Assembly (NCBI GenBank): GCA_965228735.1
Contig: OZ245838.1
Coordinates: 4,160,001-4,224,000 of the forward strand
DNA length: 64,000 bases
Direction: 5' to 3'
From: Planctomycetota bacterium
Lineage (GTDB): Bacteria; Planctomycetota; UBA1135; UBA2386
Positions within the stretch are counted from its first letter, which is position 1; each line of letters starts with the position of its first letter. The notes beneath the pieces are model-generated. The model saw nothing but the letters and a program-made list of their open reading frames with translations. It made no database searches and was not told the origin of the DNA. Positions 10,616-19,599 of this stretch are shown here, piece by piece. A program made the position numbers and the translations under genes.

Positions 10616-11857
10616 ATGTACCGATCCCTTGTCCTCGCCGGGCTCCTGCTCGGCCCCAGCTGTGTCTCCTACGTCGCCGATTCGGCCGACGCCACGCGCG
10701 TCGCTGCCGAGATCGGTGAGCGGAAAGGCGGCGCGTTCTCCTACCGGAGCGCGGTCGAGGCCGCGTTCCGCGACAACGCCGAGCTGCGCCGACTCGCCGC
10801 CAACGCACGAGCGGCGGGGGCCGACCTCACGCCGTTCGACCTGCAGGCGCAGTTCCGCAATCACATGGAGCGCGGGTTCGTGACGGTCGATCCGATCGCG
10901 TTGCTCGATCTCGGGCCGCGCGGTGCGCGCAACGCCCGGCTCGAGCGCGAGGCCGACGCGGCCGCCGTCGCGCTCGTCGAGGGTCGCTGGCGCGTCGCCG
11001 CCGCAATCGCCGAGACGTTCGCCATCGAGGACGCGCTCGCATCCCTGCCGCCGGTACCGCCGGTCCCCACGACCGCCGACGCGTTCGCCGACGCCGGACT
11101 CGGCGCGACGACCGCGGTCGCGCGCTTCCGCGCCGCGCAGCTGGCCCACGACGCCGAGGCCAAGGCGCGTATGGCCGCGGCCGAACGCAACCTCGCGCGC
11201 CTGCGTGAGCTGCTCGGGCTGGCGGCGGAAGCCGACGTGGCGTTCGTGCTCGACGAACAACGTACCGGGCAACCCTCGAAGACCCCGAACGCGCTGCTCG
11301 CGCGCCCGGATCTCACGCTGCAGGCGGCGCGCTTCGCCGTCGCCGACGCCGCGTTTCGCACTGCTGTCGCCGATCAATACCCCGCCGTCACACTCGGACC
11401 CGACATCCCGGTGACCGGCAGCGCGCTCGACTGGATCGCGATGCTGCGCTTGCCCGTCGGGGCCTGGGGTCGCGCCGAAGCCGCGCGTGAGCGGCGCGCC
11501 GCCGCTCGCGCCGAACTCGAAGGCGCCGTGCTGCGCGCGATGCGCGAGGCCCGCGATACCGAACTGGCCTCGGCCGCGGCGGCGGCCACTCGTGACGCCA
11601 CCGAAAGCACGGCGGCAGCGAGCGCCCAGTGGCTACGCAGCGCGCTCGTGAGCCTCGAGGTCGAGGTCGACGGCTTCGACGCGGCGGCGAACGCGGCCAC
11701 GATGGCCATGCTCGATGCCACGATGCTGCGGCGCGCGGCCGTCGACGCCGCGGTCGCGCGCGTGCGCGAGGCCGTCGCGTACGGCTGGCCCACGGTCGTC
11801 GCCGATCCGGAGTCGACCGCCGGCGCACCGGCAACGCGATCGGAGGAGCTGCCATGA
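10616..11857 (+). CDS. TolC-family outer membrane efflux protein
   Basis: Lipoprotein-like N-terminus (GPSC), Ala-rich helices, LLARPDL...AVADQYPAVTLG motif; its stop overlaps the MFP start (ATGA). Confidence 0.72.
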   Translation: MYRSLVLAGLLLGPSCVSYVADSADATRVAAEIGERKGGAFSYRSAVEAAFRDNAELRRLAANARAAGADLTPFDLQAQFRNHMERGFVTVDPIALLDLGPRGARNARLEREADAAAVALVEGRWRVAAAIAETFAIEDALASLPPVPPVPTTADAFADAGLGATTAVARFRAAQLAHDAEAKARMAAAERNLARLRELLGLAAEADVAFVLDEQRTGQPSKTPNALLARPDLTLQAARFAVADAAFRTAVADQYPAVTLGPDIPVTGSALDWIAMLRLPVGAWGRAEAARERRAAARAELEGAVLRAMREARDTELASAAAAATRDATESTAAASAQWLRSALVSLEVEVDGFDAAANAATMAMLDATMLRRAAVDAAVARVREAVAYGWPTVVADPESTAGAPATRSEELP

Positions 11858-13352
11858 GCGAACCCGATCTGAAGTCCCTGCGCATCGACGCGGAAGCCGC
11901 GCGGCCGCGCCGGCCGATCGCGCCGCGCCTGCTCGCCGGCCTCGTCATCGTTCTGCTCGGCGCGGTCACCGTGACCTTCGTCTACCCGCTCATCCGGCCG
12001 ACGCGCGCGGTGCGCACCGCACCGGTCCGGGCCGCGGCCGTGGACAACGGCGGGTCGGCCGCGATCGCCGGACCTGGGCAGATCGCGGCGGAAGCCGTCG
12101 GCTGGGTCGAGCCCGATCCGTTCGCCACCATCGTGCGGCCGCTCGTTGCCGGCCGGATCCGCACGCTCGACGTGCTCGAGGGCCAACGGGTGACGGCGGG
12201 CGAGACGGTCCTCGCGACACTCGAGAGCGCTGCGCTCACGGCAGCCGCCGAACGCACCGCCGCGACCGTTCGCGAACGCGAGGCCGAACTCGCGGTCAAG
12301 CAGGCCGAACTGCAGAAGGCCAGGGACCACCGCGATCAGCACGCCGAGCACCGCACCCTGCTGGCACAGGCCCGCCTGGCGCTGGCTGCCCGGCAACGAA
12401 CTCTGGCCGACGCCGAGGGGCGCGCGCGCGAACTCACGGCCAAGGCGCGCGCCGCCGATGCCACGCGTGAGGCGCACGAGAAACTCGCGGCGGCCGGCAC
12501 GAAGAACGCCGTCGCCCTCGAACGGGTCGTCGCCGAGTCGGCCGCAGCCGACGCGGCGGCTGCTGCCGCCGTGCGCAGCGCCGAAGCCGCAGCGCTGGAG
12601 TCCGCGGCTGCGGAACGCATCGTCGCCCTCCACCAGGAGCTGATCGACAGGCCCGTCGACCTCGACAACGCGGTCCTCGTCGCCGCGGCCGCCGTCGGCC
12701 ACGCCGAAGGCCGCCTCGCGCTCGCGCGCACGGAGCTCACGATCGCCGAGCGCGAGCTCGGGTGGGCCGAACGCGTCCTGGCCCCGGTCGACGGCATCGT
12801 GCTGCGACTCATCGCGGCCCCTGGCCACACGACGGGGCCGGGCGGCGAGGGCATCGTCGCGCTCTACGACGCGGCGCGACTGCAGGCCCGCATCGACGTG
12901 CCGCTCGACTCCGTCGCCGGCGTGCACGTCGGGCAGACGGTCGAGTTGTCGAGCGAGATCACCGGGACCGCGACCGTCCGCGGGGAAGTGCTGCGCATCC
13001 AGCACGAGACCGACCTGCTGAAGAACACGCTGCAGGTCAAGGTGCGGCTGGTCGATCCGCCCGAGCTCTGGCGACCCGAGACGCTGTGCCGCGCGCGCTT
13101 TCTCGGCCGACCGCGGCCCGCCGGCAGCGGCGACGGCGACCATGGCGACGGCGCGTTCCTCGTTCCGAAGGACGCGGTGCAGAACGGCAGCGTGTTCGTC
13201 ATCGACCCCACGCGGGGCGTCGCCCGTGGCATCGCCGTCGAGGTCGTCGGCGAACAGAACGGCGCCGCGATCGTCCGCGGCGATCTCTCCGTCACCCAGA
13301 AATTGATCCTCGACCCCGTGACCGCCGGCGAGGCCGTGCAGGAGCAGACCCG

Positions 13353-13356
<4 letters not shown>
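11854..13356 (+). CDS. Periplasmic adaptor (membrane fusion protein) of the efflux system
   Basis: N-terminal TM; lipoyl halves (GRIRTLDVLEGQRVTAGE and VLAPVDGIV) flanking a long coiled coil. Confidence 0.88.
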
Positions 13357-14040
<684 letters not shown>

Positions 14041-14048
<8 letters not shown>

Positions 14049-15183
14049 GCTCTTCGCGTTCTTCCCCTACGTGCTGCGCACGGCGCTCCGCGCGCGCATG
14101 CGGTCGCTGCTCACGCTGCTCGGCGCGTCGCTCGCGATGATGCTGTTCGCGTTCGTGCGCACGGTCGACGACGGCGTCGCGACCCTGGCCGAACGCGCCG
14201 ACAAGCCGGTGCTCGTCGTCTTTCAGGACAGCCGCTTCTGCCCGCTGACGTCGGACCTGCCGTTGCGCTACGAACGCCAGATCCAAGACGTGCCGGGCGT
14301 CGAGGCCGTGCTGCCGACGCTCGTCTTCATCAACTCCTGCCGCAGCAACCTCGACCTCGTGACGCTGCACGGCGTCGCGACCGACGACCTCGACCGGCTC
14401 TACGACCTCGACGTCCGCGGCGGAACCGTCGACGGCTGGCGCAAACGCAGCGACGCGGCGCTCGTCGGCGAGCGACTCGCGGCAAGACGCGGTATCCAGG
14501 TCGGCGAACGGGTCCGCCTCGGCGAGATGGACGTGTTCGTCGCCGGCATCGTGCGCAGCACGTTCGCGGGCGTAGCGAACCTCGCATTCGTCCACCTCGA
14601 CCAGCTGAGCCTGGCGCGCGACAAGCAGGGCGCGGCGACGCAGTTCCTCGTCAAGGTCGGCGACGACCAGGATCCCGAGGCCATCGCGGAGGCCATCGAT
14701 GCGAAGTTCCGCACGGACGAGGCGCGCACCGACACCAAGAACATGCAGGCGTTCGTCGCGGCGGCCGTCGGTGAGATCGCCGAGGTCGTGCAGTTCGCAC
14801 GCTGGCTCGGCTACCTCGCCGTGCTCGTCGTCGCACTCGTGCTCGCCAACACGGTGTTCATCTCCGCCGAGTCGCGCATCGGCGAGATGGCCGTCCTCGA
14901 GACGGTCGGCATGACCAAGTTGCGGCTCATGGGGCTGATCGCGCTCGAGGGCACTGGCCTCGGCCTGCTCGGCGGCATCATCGGCACGGGCACCGTCGTG
15001 ACGTTGCTCCTCATCTGGCCACTGACGCTCGGCGTCGAGGGCTACGGCATCGACATGGAGCCGACGCTAACCGTCGTGACCCAGTCGCTGCTCGCGGCTT
15101 TTGGCATCGGCGTGCTCGCATCGGTCCTCCCTGCGTTCGCGGTCGCGCGCCGACCGCTGGCCCAGGCCGTGAAGTCGGAGTAA
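14041..15183 (+). CDS. ABC transporter permease (MacB/FtsX family)
   Basis: RSLLTLLG first TM, periplasmic domain, three C-terminal TMs, SRIGEMAVLETVG motif. Confidence 0.9.
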
Positions 15184-15185
15184 CG

Positions 15186-16325
15186 ATGCTGCCCTTCGGA
15201 TACGTCCTGCGAAACGTGATGCGCCGCGGCGCGCGCTCGGCCGCGACGATCGGCGGCATCATGGCTACCACGCTGCTCGTGATCGCGATGACCGCGTTCG
15301 CCGACGGCCTCACGAACGCCGCGACCGGCAGCGCCGACGACCGGCGCGTCTACCTGCTCGGCGTGTCGGCCGAGACGGACCTCGTGCGGTCGGTCATCGC
15401 GCGCGGCCACGCCGAGACCGCGGCGGCGGCCGTGCCCGCCATCCTCGAGGAGAACGGCCAGCGCGCGGCTTCGGTCGAACTCCACATCGCGACCCGCCTC
15501 GGTCACAACGTCGGCCTCATCCGCGGCGTCACGAAGGCCGCCTATCTCGTGCACGACGAAGTCACGGTGATCGCCGGCCGCGAGCCGCGCGCGCCATTCG
15601 AGATCATGCTCGGAGCGCTCGCTGCGGCGCGCATGGATCTCGACCCGAGCGAGGTGGAGGTCGGCGACACCTTGCGACTCGAGCACAAGGACTTCCGCAT
15701 CGTCGGCCACTTCGCCGCGCCGGGCACGGTCTACGAGGCCGAGATCTGGGGCCGGCTGGCCGACGTGATGCTCACGACCAGGCGTGAGGACGTTTCGTGC
15801 GTCGTGCTGCGTCTGGGTGATCCCGCGGACATCGGCGAGGTCGGCCTGTTCGCCACGCGGCGCCTCGACCTCGAGATCGTGTCGATGCCGGAAGCGGAGC
15901 TCATGCAGGCGCTCGCCAGCAGCCTCACGCCAATCGCCGCGCTCGCGCGGTGGATGGCGGCGCTAGCGGTCATCGCCGGCGCGTTCGCGTGCGCCAACAC
16001 GATGTTCGCCGCCGTGCTCGCCCGCACTCGCGAGCTCGCCACGTTGCGCGCGCTCGGCTACTCGCCGGCGGCCGTTGCCATGGGGCTCGTGCAGGAATCC
16101 GTGCTCATCGCGCTGCTCGGCGGCGCCGCCGGCACCCTGCTCGCCCTTCTCATCGGCAGCGTGAGCCTGCGGTACCCCATGGGTGCCCTGGCGCTCGAAC
16201 CGGAGATCGGCAACCGCGCGATCGGCCTGGCCGCGGCAGTTCTTTCCGGCCTGCTCGGGGGCATCGTTCCCGCCGTGCGCGCCGTTCGTCTACCCTTGAT
16301 CGAAGCCCTCGGAGGCAAAGCATGA
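15186..16325 (+). CDS. ABC transporter permease (MacB/FtsX family)
   Basis: Same topology as the preceding permease; RTRELATLRALG motif. Confidence 0.9.
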   Translation: MLPFGYVLRNVMRRGARSAATIGGIMATTLLVIAMTAFADGLTNAATGSADDRRVYLLGVSAETDLVRSVIARGHAETAAAAVPAILEENGQRAASVELHIATRLGHNVGLIRGVTKAAYLVHDEVTVIAGREPRAPFEIMLGALAAARMDLDPSEVEVGDTLRLEHKDFRIVGHFAAPGTVYEAEIWGRLADVMLTTRREDVSCVVLRLGDPADIGEVGLFATRRLDLEIVSMPEAELMQALASSLTPIAALARWMAALAVIAGAFACANTMFAAVLARTRELATLRALGYSPAAVAMGLVQESVLIALLGGAAGTLLALLIGSVSLRYPMGALALEPEIGNRAIGLAAAVLSGLLGGIVPAVRAVRLPLIEALGGKA

Positions 16326-16870
16326 TCCGTTCGTCGATTCTCACCTTGGTCGCTCTGCTACCGCTCGCCGGCTGCTCGGGCGATTCCGCCAATACGCCCA
16401 ACACCGGCATCCCGAAAGCCTCGCCGTCGCCCGCCGCGAAGGCGGTGATGCTCGCGGCGGATCCCGGTCCAGGCGCATCCGTGTTCGAAGCTCGCGAAGC
16501 CGGCCCCAAGGACGACATCGTCCTCGTCGGTCGCGTCCGCATGATCACGAAGGGCGTCATGGCGTTCACGCTGATCGACGAGGAACTGCCCTACTGCGGC
16601 GAGCAGTGCAAAGAAGGCTGCCCGACGCCGTGGGACTACTGCTGCGAGACCAAGGACACGATCCAGGCCAACCTCGTCGCCGTCGAGGCGCGCGGCGCGG
16701 ACGGCAAGGTGATCAAGACCGAAGCGCTGCCCGACCTGCGCAACCTCGACAAGGTCAAGGTCAAGGGCCAGCTGACCAAGGACGAGCACGGCAACTTCGC
16801 ACTGTTGGCCCAGGGCATCTACCGCGTCGAACGACCCGAGCTGCCCGCGAATCTCGTCTGGCCGCAGTAG
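16322..16870 (+). CDS. Lipoprotein with a Cys cluster (CGEQCKEGCPTPWDYCC)
   Basis: ATG 16322 overlaps the permease stop, GGAGG upstream, lipobox LAGC. Confidence 0.8.
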   Translation: MIRSSILTLVALLPLAGCSGDSANTPNTGIPKASPSPAAKAVMLAADPGPGASVFEAREAGPKDDIVLVGRVRMITKGVMAFTLIDEELPYCGEQCKEGCPTPWDYCCETKDTIQANLVAVEARGADGKVIKTEALPDLRNLDKVKVKGQLTKDEHGNFALLAQGIYRVERPELPANLVWPQ

Positions 16871-16881
16871 GTTCGGCGGCA

Positions 16882-18111
16882 ATGGCCGACCCCGTGCGCT
16901 ACGACCGCCGCATCCACACCGCGCGCCGGACGGCCGACTTCGTCTTCCACCAGCTGATCCCGTACCTCGGGAACAAGCGCCACCTGCTCGACGTGATCGG
17001 GCAGGCGATCGCGGCCACGGGAACGAATCCCCAGGCGGCCACGTTCTTCGACGCGTTCGCTGGCAGCGGCGTCGTTTCGCGTCACGCCAAGCGGCTCGGC
17101 TTCCGCGTCGTCGCCAACGACTGGGAGCCGTACGCGCTCACGCTCAACCGGGCAGCGATCGCGACACCGGCCGCGCCGGCCTTCAGCGCGCTCGGCGGCT
17201 ACGAGTCCGCGCTGCGGACGCTGAACGAGCTGCCCGGGCACGACGGCTGGGTCGCGAACAACCTCTGCCCGCGCGACGACGACGCCGCCGATCCACTCCG
17301 CGAACGCATGTTCTACCGCCGCGCGACGGGGCAGCGGATCGACACGATCCGTGACCGCATCGCCGAATGGCGAGAAACCGCGCTGATCGACGACGTGGAG
17401 GAGAGCTGCCTGCTCGCGCCGCTGCTCTACCAGGCCTGCTGGCTGTCCAACACGAGCGGCGTGTTCAAGGGCTTCCACGCGGGCTGGGGCGGCAGGAACG
17501 GCACCGCGCTGCATCGGATTCTCGCCGACCTCGAGCTGTCGCCGGCCCGGTTCCTCGACAACGGCCGCGACAACGAGGCCCACGCGCGCGATGCGCTCGA
17601 GCTCACGGGCGAGCTGCCGCGCGTCGACATCGCCTACCTCGATCCGCCGTACAACCAGCATCCGTACGCGAGCAACTACCACGTGCTCAACTCGATCGTG
17701 CAATGGGATCAGCCGGCGTTGCCGCCGCCGACCCAACGGGGCAGCAAGGCTGCGATCCGCGCGGACTGGAAGGCGCGCCGCAGTCCGTTCAATCACGCGG
17801 CGAGCGCGGCCGCGGCGTTCGAGGAACTGCTCCGCCGACTCGACGCGCGGCACGTGCTGACGAGCTACAGCACCGACGGCACGATCGCGCTGCCGGACCT
17901 CGTCGCGATCGCCGGGCGTCGCGGCCGACTGTCGGTGCTCTGCCGCGAGTACAAGCGATATCGCACGAGCCCGACGCGGCCGTCACCGCGACCGACGACC
18001 GTCGAGTTCGTGCTCGCGTGCGACACCGGGCAAGAGAACCGGCCGCAGGACTCGCGCGCCGTGCTCGCGACGATCGCGGCGCACGGCTCGGCGACGCAGA
18101 CCGCCGAATGA
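16882..18111 (+). CDS. DNA adenine methyltransferase (D12/Dam-like alpha class), apparently orphan
   Basis: IPYLGNK, SAM-binding FFDAFAGSGVVS, ANDW and catalytic YLDPPY. Confidence 0.88.
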   Translation: MADPVRYDRRIHTARRTADFVFHQLIPYLGNKRHLLDVIGQAIAATGTNPQAATFFDAFAGSGVVSRHAKRLGFRVVANDWEPYALTLNRAAIATPAAPAFSALGGYESALRTLNELPGHDGWVANNLCPRDDDAADPLRERMFYRRATGQRIDTIRDRIAEWRETALIDDVEESCLLAPLLYQACWLSNTSGVFKGFHAGWGGRNGTALHRILADLELSPARFLDNGRDNEAHARDALELTGELPRVDIAYLDPPYNQHPYASNYHVLNSIVQWDQPALPPPTQRGSKAAIRADWKARRSPFNHAASAAAAFEELLRRLDARHVLTSYSTDGTIALPDLVAIAGRRGRLSVLCREYKRYRTSPTRPSPRPTTVEFVLACDTGQENRPQDSRAVLATIAAHGSATQTAE

Positions 18112-18183
18112 CCCGTCCCGGTCCGTTCGTGCCCGAGCGCGTCCATTCGGGCGGCCAGACGGGCGTCGATCGCGCAGCCCTGG
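18108..18183 (+). pseudogene. 5' remnant of a SLOG-superfamily (putative molybdenum carrier/YpsA-like) gene
   Basis: ATG overlaps the methyltransferase stop and reads MTRPGPFVPERVHSGGQTGVDRAAL. Similarity ends immediately afterwards as the frame runs into the convergent gene. Confidence 0.65.
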
Positions 18184-18211
18184 TTTGCCGAGCAGTCGCT
18201 CGGGCGGTCCC

Positions 18212-19405
18212 TCAGCGCACGACGACCGTGCACGGCGTCGAGACGCCGAGCGCGTTCAGATCGAACGTCACGGCCTGGAACGTGAGCGGCAATCCGTCGA
18301 ACGTGCCCGGCACGTTCAACGTGAAGCCGAACTGTTCGGTCGGGCCGACGACTCCCGAGACGAGCACGACGGCCGTCGACTCGTCGAGCCAGAGCTCGCC
18401 GATCGCGCTCGTGGTCGGGCCCGCCGGGAAGCCGGCGTAGAGCCCGAACAGGTGGCCCTGCGGCGCGTGCACCGTCAGCGGCACCGCGCTCGCGGAGGAC
18501 GATCCGACGACGGACGGAATGCGCCGCACGTTCACGTTGCCCGCGAACGGCGCGCCACCGTTCTGCGGCGTCAGCTGCACCGCGGGCTCGAGGTCGACGA
18601 CGCCGCCCGACAGGGCCTGGATCGCGGACACGCCACCCTGGCTCGGAATCGGTACGCCGGCTTCGAACGCCGTGCTGCTGCCAGCAATGGTCACCGAGCC
18701 GGAGCGACAGACGAGCCCCGGCGCAGCCGTGATGATGAAGCCGACCATGCCGCCGTCGCCGCCGCGATACGTCCCGCCAGCGATGCGAACCCGTGACGTA
18801 CTCGCGTCGATGGCCGGCGGACTGCCGATGAGGTAGACACCGATCTCGCCGAGGAACGTGCAATCGACGAGCGCGACGTCACTCGACTGCACGTTGAGAC
18901 AGCCGCGCGCGCTGCCCGAGCAGCGCGTCATCGTCAAATGCGAGCACGCGTTGACGCGGAACGCGGCGGTCGTAGTCGAACTGAACCGCACGTCGTCGAA
19001 GTGCAGCCGCCCTTGGTTGAACTGCAGGACGAACAGAGCGCTGCTGCAGAACGACGGACACGCGACCGTGACATTGCGCATCGCGAACGTCTCACCCGCG
19101 GGCAGACTCACGACACCGATCCCGGCGGAGCCGGACGGCGCGATCGTCACCCCGGAATCGCCGAGGATCTCGATGCCCTTCGACGTCGTGAACGCGGAGT
19201 AGGTCCCGGCGCGCAGCAGCAACGTGTCGCCGCTCTGCGCCGCCTGCACGGCCGCGGGCAGTGAGGTGAAGTTCACCCCGGGTCCCGCTTGCGGCGCGAC
19301 GACCCAGGTCTGCTGGGCGACGGCCGTCGAGCCGAGTACGAGGGCAACCGGAGCGAGGAGGAACAGCGCCGCCGTCGGCAGCGCACACGAACGGAAGGCA
19401 AGCAT
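18212..19405 (-). CDS. Secreted protein with a beta-helix-like N-terminal region and a C-terminal beta domain
   Basis: Signal peptide from ATG 19405; FTSLPAAVQAAQSGDTLLLRAGTY is a typical beta-helix N-cap. Confidence 0.78.
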   Translation of the reverse strand: MLAFRSCALPTAALFLLAPVALVLGSTAVAQQTWVVAPQAGPGVNFTSLPAAVQAAQSGDTLLLRAGTYSAFTTSKGIEILGDSGVTIAPSGSAGIGVVSLPAGETFAMRNVTVACPSFCSSALFVLQFNQGRLHFDDVRFSSTTTAAFRVNACSHLTMTRCSGSARGCLNVQSSDVALVDCTFLGEIGVYLIGSPPAIDASTSRVRIAGGTYRGGDGGMVGFIITAAPGLVCRSGSVTIAGSSTAFEAGVPIPSQGGVSAIQALSGGVVDLEPAVQLTPQNGGAPFAGNVNVRRIPSVVGSSSASAVPLTVHAPQGHLFGLYAGFPAGPTTSAIGELWLDESTAVVLVSGVVGPTEQFGFTLNVPGTFDGLPLTFQAVTFDLNALGVSTPCTVVVR

Positions 19406-19559
19406 GGCTTGGCAAACGATAGTCCGTTCAGCGCAGCGGTAACGCGGTCGCGCGACGGTCCGGCACGATCCCACTGCCGGCGGTTCGTCGCGCCTGCGTC
19501 GGCGTTCCGACAGGTCGTGCCCGATGCACCGCAGACCGGGAAGAATTGCCGCTGGCACC

Positions 19560-19584
19560 GGAATCCCGGTCTTCACTCCACGTA
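19560..19584 (+). promoter_or_regulatory. Candidate ECF-type promoter GGAAT-N16-CGTA
   Basis: Lies directly upstream of the ECF fusion gene; same geometry as the sites at 44127 and 53534. Confidence 0.5.
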
Positions 19585-19599
19585 GCTTGCGAAGGCACC

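Noticed and set aside
6940..12070. Frequent GCGATCGC/CGATCG (HIP1-like) words
   Set aside because: They are readily explained by Ala-Ile-Ala codons (GCG ATC GCN) in high-GC coding sequence. Enrichment cannot be claimed without a codon-aware count.
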